A DNA stretch of 62,262 nt, counting the filler, from Basidiobolus ranarum (Eukaryota), in NCBI GenBank assembly GCA_040143965.1. It is 31 parts of 31 records of this genome, joined end to end, with 100 filler letters (N's around TTAATTAATTAA, not from the genome) between each part and the next. Parts side by side here need not be neighbours in the genome. Positions count along the whole stretch, not along the records: positions 1 to 1,920 come from JASJQH010004086.1; positions 2,021 to 3,939 come from JASJQH010004087.1; positions 4,040 to 5,957 come from JASJQH010004088.1; positions 6,058 to 7,974 come from JASJQH010004089.1; positions 8,075 to 9,991 come from JASJQH010004090.1; positions 10,092 to 12,008 come from JASJQH010004091.1; positions 12,109 to 14,024 come from JASJQH010004092.1; 24 more parts are not named here. One strand, written 5' to 3'. The notes under the pieces were generated by a model. It did not search any database and was not told where the DNA came from. It was given only the letters and a program-made list of their open reading frames with translations. Below, one piece after another: positions 1 through 12,160 of this stretch. The stretch's first letter is position 1; each line of letters begins with the position of its first letter. Both the position numbers and the translations under genes were made by a program.

Positions 1-342
1 CGCTTGTTCATTAGCCTCAGGACTGTTATAGTAACCGTTGAATAGCTGAGCGCACGATATTTACAGATTACCGCAAGGGCTACCTAGTAATATTTGATTG
101 TCATCATCGACGATTCTCAAGCACATTTCGCTGGAAGTATGTCCTAATGTACCAAATTCCTTTCCGCTATCAATGAATGGAAATTAATTGTTACAGATAC
201 AGCCAGTGCAAGTCTCTGTCATTCTAAATCCTGGCGCCAAGATCTTAGTGAACTTGAACTTCGCTTTTTTCAAGGTATGTAGGAGTTGAATCCCTGGATC
301 TACCAAATTGGCCTCACCGCCGGAGTTGATGCGCTTCAAACA
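1..342 (-). pseudogene. Decayed NRPS-like adenylation domain (atromentin/quinone-synthetase type), partial
   Basis: Manual minus-strand translation: CLKRINSGGEANLVDPG...ILAPGFRMTETCTGCICNN*FP...LGHTSSEMCLRIVDD...GNL*ISCAQLFNGYYNSPEANEQA. Contains the SGGEA, GFxMTET and xGYYN adenylation motifs, with in-frame TAA at 184-186 and 61-63. Not in the ORF track. Confidence 0.75.
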
Positions 343-478
343 TCATCTAATATATACATATATGGTGAATAATGTTGAATAATGGGGTCAGCGTTTGAGC
401 TAATCCAAATCCATACTTTCTAAGCCACTTTGGGTAGGCTAGTTATTAAATAGCAATTCTATTTGTTCTTAGCTTAAC

Positions 479-706
479 TTAGTTTATCAATCCATTTATT
501 TCGAGATATCCCAAAAATTCCTTATCAATTTCCTTTTCCTTGATCCATTTGTTGTTTCTTTCAGAGGAAGCATTCTTGTCTGATAACTCTTTCAAGGGGC
601 CACTTACACTGTGAAAGATGATGAGTACAGGTACCATCTGACTGCGGAAAAAGTAGGCTGAGAATGTAATTAGAAACAGAAATATAATCAAGCTGGTGAA
701 CCTCAT
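479..706 (-). CDS. Possible small secreted/membrane protein or gene relic
   Basis: Hydrophobic N-terminus MRFTSLIIFLFLITFSAYFF; no recognisable domain. Confidence 0.2.
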   Translation of the reverse strand: MRFTSLIIFLFLITFSAYFFRSQMVPVLIIFHSVSGPLKELSDKNASSERNNKWIKEKEIDKEFLGYLEINGLIN

Positions 707-1920
707 GTAGTAGTACTTCTGTTGAACAAGATTTTTACAGAGTGAGTTTGTAGTGATGTATATTGATTTTTTTAACTTAAGAGGAGTGTAACTAAGAAAT
801 TATTCAAAGCTTACATTTTTCACTGCCCTCTGAAGGATACTAATACTTAGTATACTTTGTTACTACTTGCCAATTCTGATGCCATACATATCTCTCATAT
901 CGAGATCAACTGATATCAAGATCAGATCCGAAATACATCACATTAATTAACTAAATAATTTTTAATTCAGATTGTCACATCAAACCGACCTAGCCTGTTA
1001 TAGTTGTAAAATGATCACTTGATTTTAATCATTATCTTGAGTTTACTAACCTCATCCATTAATCACCTTATCTATTAATCACCTCATCCAATGGGTAAAA
1101 TAGCAGCATGATTAATTAACTACACTCACAACGCTAGACGGGTATTTTAGTAACCACAATGTGTATACGTGCCTTAAACAGAAATAACCCAACAGTCTAT
1201 GTTCAAGAATTTTTGAACATGAGACACGAAGGAGCTGGTAGATGGTGTTTGCACTGATAAATTATGCAACATTGGCTTTATTGTTGTTGAAGGAGCATAT
1301 CATGTCATTCTTTATGACGGATTAAAGTAATTCGGCCCAGTATTTGATTCCATACCTAGAGTATTATTAAATAGAATATTTATTTGTGCTTTCGAATCAC
1401 TGCGATTTTAAACGAAGTAAATATGGGTTAAATGCGAGAGCATGAAGCTGAATATATGCGCATTTACTCAATAAGGAGTATTTAATTACAATTTCCAGTT
1501 CATATTATTCTAAAGACAATGTACCTGTGAGCCATTGCAATGGTATTAAATAAATCTCCATCATTTTTTAGCAGTGAAAGTCAATACTATAGTTCTGTTT
1601 TCCAATCCCCTGAAGAACTTACCTAGGGCTATCTTAACTTACGAAGGTTCTTATGACAATTATTCAGGGTACCAATGATGATTGGCTTAAAGAAAAGACT
1701 AGTCTATCTGTTACTGATTCACAAGGGGCTATTCCGAAGCTAGGGTACCATAAAGAAGATAGCATAGTTTCGGTGGTTTCCGTATAGTATGCAGTATATC
1801 AGATTACACTCCTTCCATCATCAGACGTTCTATAAATCATTTTGAATAAGGTCAAGTCTAGATACATCTATTCAAAGCCACGTTTAGGCCACGAAAAAAC
1901 TACTGAGTTTGTTTTCCAAA

Positions 1921-2020
1921 NNNNNNNNNNNNNNNNNNNNNNNNNNNNNNNNNNNNNNNNNNNNTTAATTAATTAANNNNNNNNNNNNNNNNNNNNNNNN
2001 NNNNNNNNNNNNNNNNNNNN
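1921..2020. other. Artificial contig linker (first of 30 identical 100-nt linkers, recurring about every 2.0 kb up to 60259-60358)
   Basis: 44 N + TTAATTAATTAA (stops in all six frames) + 44 N. Flanking segments shrink monotonically from 1920 to 1904 bp, i.e. length-sorted contigs were concatenated. Confidence 0.99.
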
Positions 2021-2286
2021 ACAAGGACCATTACAAAGACAGATGATGTAAGGATGATTAGGTGACCTTCCATGGAAGGTCTTGGTGGAAATACACTATG
2101 TGTGTGATGACATGATTGGTTAGGTTACATGGAATGTTCCAGAGAACATGACTTCCACATAAGTTAATCTGGACAAACTAACACAAGATTGCCGAGAAGA
2201 GATGGCACAGCAGACATGATGTCATAATCTAATAATAGAGGAGTTCTATTTGAAGTGAATCAGTATGCCAAGTTTGAATCATGACA
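2021..2286 (+). mobile_element. Partial LTR of family E (same family as the solo LTR at 45432-45960)
   Basis: Aligns by eye with 45695-45960 and ends ...GAATCATGACA versus ...GAATTGTGACA. Confidence 0.75.
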
Positions 2287-2380
2287 ACACCATCTCAGAA
2301 TCAGCTAACAATATTGATGGGCTATAACTAAAATACCACCCTTGCCTTGGAGGTGTTCTTTTTTCTTCAATATCCTTCTC

Positions 2381-3939
2381 ATGTTACAACACAGATGTTT
2401 AAAGAAGCCCTGCTATTATTGACACAAATTCTTGTGCTATGAAAGCCAGAGGCTTCATGGAAAAAATAATCACCAGCATGGTCACTGTACAAAGCCTGGT
2501 GAATATCAACAGTAATAAGTGCAAAAAATTGACTTTAGTGTTGACCACTGAGTCCACTCACTGTACTTTGCCTCAAAGTTTTGGTAATACTGCCAAAAGT
2601 CAAGATATCATGGAATTACCACCGTAAGATGACCAGAATGATGTAGGTAGAATGCAACTTTGGTCAAACCAGTAAGTCCAGGCAACTTTGAGGACTTATT
2701 CCTAGATGTTGATATTGGTTATTCCAGTACCAATGGAAGTATATCAGAAGTTGAACAAGAAGACAATGGTTTTGTTACAGACTCTTTCTTATCAGCAAAC
2801 AATAGTCCACTGATAACACTTACTAAGAAGGAAGCAGCTTTGATTATTGAGGAGTGGAGAGTTCAATCCAATCTCAGCAACCAGGTGTTTATTGATTTTC
2901 TTACACTTTTACCACAGTTGATTGGCAACTGTTGCTTGCCACAGACCTGGTCCAAGTGGAAAACACTTGTCAATTGTATGACTTATAATCCTTCAGTAAT
3001 TAAACTACCTTCATGTCCAAATGGTTGTTTGCCTTTCACCAGAGATCTGAAAACCGGAAGTCATGTACTGTTTGGACCAATTGGCAATCCCTGAATCAGG
3101 TAAATATTGTTCATATTTGGCTTATATATCTTTGATTCCCTATGTCATAGTTTTGATGAAATCACCCAAATACAGATTGTTGATTCAATACTGATGTATG
3201 CACCATAAACCTCTTGGTGTTACCAATATACTTGATGGATGTCACTGCCAGAATCTGAAAAGTCAAGGTTTCTTTGAGATCACATATGATCATGCATTTG
3301 CATTCACTCTGGATGATTCCTCACTAATCAAATATACCATTGGAAAGGCTTGCTGACCAATAATTTTAGTTAACTTAAATCTCCCTCTTTCTGAACAGTA
3401 TAAGAGTCATAATATGTTGATAATATCCATCATATTTAGACCTAAATTACCAGTGCTTATAGATAGCTTCTTGGAGCCTTTGATTGCAGAATTTGAATGG
3501 TTATTTAATGGGGTTCAGATGAGTGAATATCTTATTAAAGCTAATATCATATTTAGATCTAAATTACCAGTACTTATAGATAGATTCTTGGAGCCTTTGA
3601 TAGCCAAATTTGAACAGTTATCTAATGGGCTCAGATGGGTGAATATTTTATTAAAGCTAATATCATTGTATTTATTGGTGACACTCTGCTGTCAGTAAAC
3701 ATGGTGGTTTTTGCAGGCACAATACACTATCTTGCTGCAGATTTTGTCAAATCAATGGAGTTTACTCTAACAGGCATACATATTACTACTATCCAAATAC
3801 AACACTAAACTTCACAATTATACCATCAAGAGCCTGGTCAGATTTCAACATGATCACTGATATCAATTCCCAAATAGTCAGTCTAACATCAAACTAGGTA
3901 TTATTAGCCTTAAGCTTAAGATTATATTGCCAATGGGGA
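2381..3939 (+). mobile_element. CACTA/EnSpm (Tnp2/Transposase_21-type) transposase pseudogene
   Basis: Broken frames give CPNGCLxF, PIILVNLNLP..EQYK..NML, IDSFLEPLIAEFE, GD, GHN...CRFC, typical of Tnp2 transposases. Contains a 117-bp in-frame tandem duplication (3431 and 3548). Confidence 0.75.
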
Positions 3940-4223
3940 NNNNNNNNNNNNNNNNNNNNNNNNNNNNNNNNNNNNNNNNNNNNTTAATTAATTAANNNNN
4001 NNNNNNNNNNNNNNNNNNNNNNNNNNNNNNNNNNNNNNNATCCATTGAGAGCTCTAGACTTAAGACACTATGAATAAAGCTATCATTATCTTTTGAATGT
4101 GCAATAATGTCTAAAAGTACTTTTCTTAAACATACCACATAAGTAAAATAAACTGTTTCCAAAATGGTAAATAACATCGTGCCAGATAGTGCCCAATCAT
4201 GCCAATTTGTGCTGGCACACTTT

Positions 4224-5096
4224 TTAGCTGGCCTGATCTGGCTCAATAAAATGGAACAAGTCTACTACTTTGCCTAACTTTGATTGAGGCCCACAAAATG
4301 ATTTTCCTCTATACTTTCCTGCTACAATGCTATATTTCTTTAGGAAACCAAAGCTATGTTCTACTCTGGCTCTAAAATGGGAAAAAATGTCATTATAAAG
4401 CTTTTGCCTCTCTGTGAGTATCCCTCCTCTGGGCCTCTTGTTAGCAGTGACACATCCTAGCCTTCTGCATTCTTCCCCAACATATGCCAAATCAGCCATA
4501 GTCTTCTCATATCTTACAAATGGTGCATGCCTCTCAACCCAAAGCCTTTTGTCATGGTGTCTCCCTGGATGTGGCCCACTAAACCAAATGATGTTTCCTT
4601 CCAAATCTGTCAAAGCCTGGAACTTTACACAGTGGGCTTTGTACTTGCCAGAATAGAATAGCTTTTGGTTGCTTTTGGGCCTGTTAATTCTGACTGGAAA
4701 TGTGTCAAGAATACTTCTGATATGAACTCTATTGGGAAATACTCCAGGAAATGGAAGGAAATTAGAGTCTCTAAATCTTTTGTCCCAGGCATCTTCAACA
4801 TCATTCATCACTGAAGCTAGATAATTCTCACTTACTTGAAGCCTGGTATGGAAGCTTCTCCCACTTTTGCTACCATTAATAGTGCACTGAAATCTGATTG
4901 GACAATAGTTTTTGTAGTAACAAAACAAATTGACTAGCTGCTTTCTGGTAGGTATTGGAGTATATGAGCCACAGTATTTCTCAAATATAGCCTCTAGGGT
5001 GGTGATAGGAAAGCCAGTAGTTGCTTTTGGATTAATGAGGAATGACCATTTAGAGTAGATGGAGAGCATGATATTAATCTTGTATTGAGCTGGCAC
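4224..5096 (-). mobile_element. PIF/Harbinger/IS5-like DDE transposase (DDE_Tnp_4 type); ORF open but C-terminus replaced at a junction near 4263
   Basis: Motifs ILDTFPVRINRP, YSGKYKAHCVKFQ, SGPHPGRHHD, MADLAY, YNDIFSHFRARVEHSFGFLK. Confidence 0.85.
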
Positions 5097-5543
5097 GATA
5101 CTGATTGATCTGGCGTGCGCAAGTTATTTATCTAAGAATTTCAATTATCATGGTAAAATTCCCTACATTCTGTATAATAAAATTTCTGTTTGCATTTATT
5201 ATCCTAATTATTTCAATTATGTGTAATTGCATGGAAATTATATAATAAACTGCATCAGCAAAGTTAATCATAGTTTGATCCAAATCAATTTATTTAGCGC
5301 ATATATTGAAATGGCTCAAAGCGGAATGCATTATGCTTGATCACACTATAGGAAATTAACTTCAACACTTTAACCAATAATATAAAAAGATCCCTAATTC
5401 TAATTGAGACCAATAAAGTCTAACATCATAGATATATATGGTAGTTACATATCATGTCAAAGCAGATTCTTCCGGATTTGCAATCTACTTTGGTACAGGA
5501 AACTGCCACTTCCAAAATTTTGTGTGTGCAGTTGAATTAAGGT

Positions 5544-5957
5544 GTGGGTGGTGCAAAGCAGTGTGTGCCTAATGACTTTACAAATGCCCAGGTATCCACT
5601 ATGAATTCTTGCTTGGATATATGGGAGTTATTGATAAACTTGACAGAAGCTGGGGAAGGAGGCATTGGACAAAAGTGGAAGCAACTTTTGACTCTGCTTT
5701 GGAGAGAATACTATATCTTCATGACTTCAGATGTTTGCAAGAAAATATACAATAAGACTCATGAGGATAGAAAGTGTGAATTGAGCAATATAATTTTGAT
5801 TTTGAGTCTGCAAAGACATGATTGCAATTGTGTTTTTGCTTGTATGGACCAGAAGCAACCATTGCAGCCTCAACTTTAGAGACAAAAGATGTTCTAAATA
5901 GATATCTACCACTGCTCAATGAGACTTTGCAGCAACTGTTGATGGAGGTTGCAGAGT
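5544..5957 (+). pseudogene. Degenerate ORF divergent from the DDE transposase; possibly the Myb/SANT-like second gene of a Harbinger element
   Basis: W-x(n)-KWKQL...Y spacing (DIWELLINLTEAGEGGIGQKWKQLLTLLWREY) and its position next to the transposase. Frameshifted. Confidence 0.3.
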
Positions 5958-6057
5958 NNNNNNNNNNNNNNNNNNNNNNNNNNNNNNNNNNNNNNNNNNN
6001 NTTAATTAATTAANNNNNNNNNNNNNNNNNNNNNNNNNNNNNNNNNNNNNNNNNNNN

Positions 6058-7520
6058 TGGAAGCATAAGATTTGTATTTATTCTTGTGGAACCTTGTAAA
6101 GATCTCTGCCTGATAAGTATTGGCAACATTGAGAGTTGTATGTCAACATTGTTAATATATTCTTATGGCATCAACTCACATTGGCAGATCTCAGGCAGAT
6201 ACAGCAAATGTGCAAAGATTTTTTAAATAGATATGATAAACTTTATTTCAGGTTTAATGAATATAACTAAATATACGCTGGTTTTCAATAAATTCACTGT
6301 TGCATCTTTCACAATGCTTAGAGATTATAGGCCCTTGCTATACATTTTGGCAGTTCTCAATGGAGTGTACCTGCAGTGAAATGATGTTTGGTGTGAATTT
6401 GTCAGTATTACCATATGCTAATCTGATTTACAATGTTTCAGCAAACTAAGTGATGGATGTAATATAATAGGGTAAGGAGACTTCAGATGTGTTAACCTTC
6501 CAACAAAGGGCTCTTTTCAATGTGCTCACGGATTTTTTCATTGTTTCAGCACAATAACGGCAACAAAACCCAACCCATGGACTCAAGGTAAGTACCTTTA
6601 TAATTGGTCATATTTTTTTGTGTGAAAATCTAATGGTATCTCCAGGAAAGCTGCAAGACAGACTTCTTGGTGAGATAGATCAAGATAAGCAGCATTACGG
6701 TTTAACCATGGGGTACTCTACTCAAGCAATGACACATCTATTTGTGGAAGGGCATTTATTGACTGCAAGTTTGGGATAATTTGGCTGGTAGTCATATAAC
6801 TGTGGCAACTGCATGCTATCTTGACTCTCAACAGTGTTACCAAAACTTTGAGGTAAAGCACAGACAATGGACTCATTGAGCCAAACTGAAGTTAATTTTG
6901 TCTATTTATTACTATTGATACTCACTAGACTTGGTGAAGCTAGTGGCTTCACAGTGACCAGGGTTATGCTTATTTTTCATATAAAGCCTCTGGCTTTTGT
7001 AGTACCAGAGTTTGTGACAAAAATAGCACGGCTTCTTCAAATATTTGTGTTGAAGCATGAGAAGCATATTATGGAAAAAGAACACCTACTGCATAAGGGT
7101 GGTATTTTTGTCATACCCCATCAATCTCATCAGCTGATTTAGCAATGGTGTCACATATGAGTCATTAGGGAATCAACAAGATGTTTCTGCTGATGCATAT
7201 CTATTGTGATTTATTGTAAGTAGTTTCTGAGCAAGATGATTACACCATGTTTACCATCTCAATAATTCAATGCCATTGAAAAGAGTTCAAAATCTAAATA
7301 AAAATTGGCTTTTAAGCAAAAGCTTGCAGTCAGGAATGGAATTCAACCAGCAAGAACAGAGGACTTAATTGATGAGCAGTCTAGCATTCCAAAATCAACT
7401 TTGGAAGGCATCAACAGGCCAGATACTAACTGAAGTAACAATGTTGTATCATGCAATTTACCTAATGGGATCCTTTCTAACAACAATGCAAGTGAAGAGA
7501 TTATACTTGCCTAATTACAT
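6058..7520. mobile_element. Rearranged CACTA-type element fragments (transposase C-terminal part on +, N-terminal part on -, start of accessory ORF2 on +)
   Basis: 6200-6560 matches 55900-56249; about 6790-7100 is the reverse complement of 2380-2640; 7270 onward matches the start of the ORF at 55337. Confidence 0.7.
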
Positions 7521-7523
7521 ATT

Positions 7524-7974
7524 AGACTTGTTCCATTTTATTGAGCCAGATCAGGCCAGCTAAAGAGTGTGCCAGCACAAGTTTGCATGATTGGGCACTA
7601 TCCGGCACAATGTTATTTACCGTTTTGGAAACAGTTTATTATACTTATGTGGTATATTTAAGAAAAGTACTTTTAGAAGATATTGCACATTCAAAAGATG
7701 ATGAAAACTTTATTCATAGTGTCTTAAGTATAGAGCTCTCAATGGATATCTTTGAGTATGGATGTATTGAAAATTAATCAAGCTTTTAACTACTTTGCCT
7801 AACTTTGGTTAAGGCCCACAAAATGATTTTCCTCTATACTTTCCTGCTACAATGCTATATCTCTATAGGAAACCAAAGTTATGCTCTACTCTTGCTCTAA
7901 AATGGGAAAAAATGTCATTATAAAGCTTTTGCCTCTCTGTGAGTATCCCTCCTCTGGGCCTCTTGTTGGCAGTG
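7524..7974 (-). mobile_element. 3' end of the Harbinger/IS5-like element, with native transposase C-terminus and probable terminus
   Basis: 7790-7974 is nearly identical to 4265-4449. The frame continues KVVKSLINFQYIHTQRYPLRALYLRHYE* (stop 7710-7712). Similarity ends at AGACTTGTTCCATTTT (7524). Confidence 0.75.
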
Positions 7975-9342
7975 NNNNNNNNNNNNNNNNNNNNNNNNNN
8001 NNNNNNNNNNNNNNNNNNTTAATTAATTAANNNNNNNNNNNNNNNNNNNNNNNNNNNNNNNNNNNNNNNNNNNNTGAACCTTTTCAGATTCTGTGGAGAT
8101 TTGATGCATCTAGCATCTATATGTATCTTGATGCTTAAGATGATGTCCTCTAATTCCGTTTCAGGTGAGTCTAACCGTCCTTTTGGGAATATCTATTTAT
8201 AGTGCGAATTTATAGCGAATTTATGACCTACGCTTGCTTTGTTATTGATAAAAAATCTCGACATTTCTGAAAAATGCTCAACTAACGTGCTCCAGTTTTG
8301 ACTTCCAAAATATCATAATTTTGTAATTCGCCTCTAATGGCTGTTACAATACCAATCTTCAGGTTTCAGTTCGAACGTAAAGCCATGCTCTTTTTGTAAG
8401 CTTGAGGGTTGTGTGTCAACATCTTAATTGTAATACGGAATATTACAGCATCACAAGAAAATATACTCATTCATAAGACATCTCTTAATGTATAAATACA
8501 CATAACTTCCCTGCACAGTATACAGAAGTTAGCTGTTTCTCCATAACATATAATTTCTGATTGTACATCAAATACCCAATTTCAACAACATGGTGCTCAC
8601 TGTTTGTCAGATTGAAGAGTTTGTTAGACATATGGCTAGGTAAAAATGAAACGTATATCAAAGTTACCCTGGAGTATAGAGAAATTAAAAGCATTTTCTC
8701 ACATGCAAAAGATGGCCATACTTTCAATGTTCTGTTTTTGCTATAAAAGGGAAGCACTAAATGCCAACAACACTATCAAGTAGACTAGTGAAAATATTAC
8801 ATTCTATGTCATCATAAAAATTAGTTGATGGCAATTACACTAGGGCTCATGATTGATTCACTTTCTCAGCATGTATTTTTCAAATAATAATATCTCTGCA
8901 TTCACCTGACATATAAACTTAGTATTTACCCTATTACCTAAGCAGAGTCCAAAAAGCAGCCCTTGATGCCATAATAGTGATTCTATTACTGTTGGTGATA
9001 GTATCCACATTTTGGTCTCTCTTCTTAAGTATAAGTATATGTTATATACTTATTTTCTTGCAAGAAAGTTATACCTCACATAGCTAAAAACATGTAGCGC
9101 AGCTTGCCTTGATGTTTTCTGACCCTCATCCACCCCCTTCTATAATATGTATGGTATCTCTTTAATATATAAAAATAACCCCTGTATCAAGTGAATTTTA
9201 CAATATATTTTATACCTTTAAGCTTTTAAAAACTATAGCCAAATCACCATGGTCACCTTACCATATTATCCTTAGATAATAACTTAACATTCAATTCTTT
9301 TCACAGCTTTACTTTCATGAGAGCTGATCTTAGATTCACTAC

Positions 9343-9821
9343 TGTTGGAGGATCTTGACATAATGGGGGTAGACTTTGAGTATTAGAAGCAACTTATGAT
9401 AGTGTGCTTTAGTTAGTTTATTCTCAAGAGTAAATGGTGACTTATATAGTAGAAAAGTAAATCAATTGTTTGAGATATTCAGGAGTTTGTGTAACAAGAT
9501 ATAATAAATAAGTGGGGGTAATAAGACATACTTGTTATATAGATATAAAGATATTCCTATTGAGAATATAGGGGCTATAGATTTGTTGCTTTCTGTTTCT
9601 GATATATGTATCATAATTAAAGTTAACTATGATGTTGAATAAAGATTAATTATCCAACAATGTCCCTTAATTCTTATTCAGCATTGTGCTTATATTCACT
9701 AATGCCTATTCCTGCTCTTAACTTCTCAAAGCTTGAAGTTTTGAGTGGTTTTGTTAGTATATCTGCAAGCATGTTTTCAGTATTACAATAAATAAAGTTC
9801 ACTTCTTTGTCTTGAGCTTTC
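9343..9821 (-). mobile_element. Ty1/copia family C: RNase H end, polypurine tract and 3' LTR (9343-9659)
   Basis: Minus strand reads YCNTENMLADILTKPL, followed by an LTR bounded by TGTTGG...CCAACA. The same LTR is at 31483-31799 and 52339-52433. Confidence 0.8.
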
Positions 9822-9991
9822 CCCTAACAGAAATTTGAGGATTGTTATTGTAGGAAAACCGTCACAATTTTAATCCATTTTGGATTGACCGTTTACTTAC
9901 CGTCATAAAATCGTCAAGTTAGATTTGATTTTAATCAATTTTTCAGTTTCAGGAGTGAAATTTCAAGATCTCGCAAAATAGTTGCGAATGA
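9822..9991 (+). mobile_element. Terminus of a DNA transposon (CCCTAACAGAAATTTGAGG...) inserted into copia RNase H
   Basis: The same sharp end occurs at 28361 (-), 29559 (+) and 30383 (-), each with a different flank. Confidence 0.75.
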
Positions 9992-10091
9992 NNNNNNNNN
10001 NNNNNNNNNNNNNNNNNNNNNNNNNNNNNNNNNNNTTAATTAATTAANNNNNNNNNNNNNNNNNNNNNNNNNNNNNNNNNNNNNNNNNNNN

Positions 10092-12008
10092 GAGCAGCAT
10101 ATTGCTGTAGCTCCAGTACAGCATTCTGAAGGTCTTGTATCATTGTTGAGTGACTTTCTTACTGTAGACTAGTTGCTCCAGAATGCTGCATTAATTGAAA
10201 TATTGTGGCTCATTGCTTGTCATGGCCTGAATAGCAACTTCATAGTTTTTACTTATGATTTCATACTAGTCATTGTGGTGTTCTGCCTGTGATTCCCTTG
10301 TTGTAATCATTCTTTCTAAATTTTGACAGAGGGTTGCTCAATAGTTGGCAATGCAACCATTTTGATAGTTGATTGTCTTGAGAGTGTTTCTGTTGCACTT
10401 TGCTCAGCTATTGATTTACTATGTAATTGGGTAATTACAGTCTCTTCACCTGCACTATTGCTGAAAAGGAACACATCTGTTAAATTGATCAATGGTTCAT
10501 CTTTACCTGCATGAGTCTTTGGCATTTTAATGCTTTCTAAAGTGGATAGTGTATCACCAGACTGCTCATCATTTAATTCCTCTGTTCCTACTAGTTTTTT
10601 CCTATTGTGCCATCAGGCTTTTGCTTGGAAGCTAATTTTAAGTTAGATTCTGAATAGTTTTGAATGGCTTTGCAATTTTCACATGGTAAACTTGGTGTAA
10701 TCAATTGCTTAGAAACAGCTTGAAATGAACCAAAATTGCCATCCATTACAGGAAATATCTTGTAAATCCTTGTATGACTCATCTGTGGAAGCATCTTAGA
10801 AACAGCTGATGCTATTAATGGGCAATATCAAAGATACCACCCTTACATTGGTGGTGTTCTTTTTTCTTGAATATCCTTCTCATGCCACAACATAAATTTC
10901 TAAAGAAGCCCTGCTATTATTGTCACCTATTGTTGTGCTATGAAAGCCAGAGGCTTCATAGAAAAATTGATCACAAGCATGGACACTATACAAACATCCT
11001 AGCTGCACAAAGCTAGGTGAGTATCAACAGTAACAAGTGCACAAAATTGACTTTAGTTTTGCCTACAGAATCCACTGGCTGTGCATTGCCTCAAAGTTCT
11101 GGTGGCACTACCAATAGTCAAGATACTGTTGAGTTACCACAGTTTATGACCAGGATGATGTATGTAGAAATGCAACCTTGGTCAAACCACTAAGTCCTGA
11201 CAACTTTGAGGACATGTTTCTACATGTTGACCTTGGTTATTCCAGTACTTATGGTAGTAAAGCAGAAGTTGAGGAAGAAGATGGTGGTCTTTTTATAGAC
11301 TCTTTGTTATTGGGAAGCATTAGTCTACTTATAGTACCTATAGTAAAGGAAGCGGCTTTGCTTATTGAAGAGTGGAGAGTTCAATTCAATCATTGCAACT
11401 AGGTGTTTATTGGTTTTCTTACACTTTTAACACAGTTGATTGGCAACTGTTGCTTGCCACAGAGCTGGTACAAGTAGAAAACACTTGTGAAATGTATGTC
11501 TTATAATCCTTCATTAATTGAAGTACTTTCATATCTATTTGTTGTTTGCTTTCAATATTAATTGGGAGACCTGAATCCATGAATTGTTTGCACACAATTG
11601 GCAATTACTGAGCCAGGTAAATATTACTCAAACTGATGATTTCTCATCTTGAAGTTTTGATAAAATCACTCAAATACAGGTTATTGCTCCATTACCAAAG
11701 TACTCACCATAATGCTGGTGGTATTATCAATATTCCTGATGTACCTGACCACCAGAATCTGAAAAGTCTTACTTACTGGTTTTTTTCCTGTTGTGCCTTC
11801 TGGCTTTTTCTTGGAAGCTAATTTTGATTTAGATTTTGAATAGTTTTTGAATGTCATTGAGATATTCCTTATAATCCTTGAGTAACTAAACTACCTTCAT
11901 GTCCAAATGGTTGTTTGGCTTACATCAGTGATCTGAAAAACCCAAAGTCATGTACTGTTTGCACACAATTGGTAATCAATGAATCAGGTAAATATTGTTC
12001 ATACTTGG
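10092..12008. mobile_element. CACTA-type element relic: ORF2 (-) and divergent transposase 5' part (+)
   Basis: Degenerate copies of 54345-55337 and 2381-3120. Confidence 0.75.
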
Positions 12009-12160
12009 NNNNNNNNNNNNNNNNNNNNNNNNNNNNNNNNNNNNNNNNNNNNTTAATTAATTAANNNNNNNNNNNNNNNNNNNNNNNNNNNNNNNNNNNN
12101 NNNNNNNNAATGTCCAGCTCTCTGTTCAATAATATGCTGGCCCCTGACAAAAGAATATAC

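Noticed and set aside
8485-9130. Possible hAT transposase relic (PISTTWCSLFVRLKSLL resembles TRWNS..ML)
   Set aside because: Only one weak motif in heavily broken frames; cannot be supported without a search.
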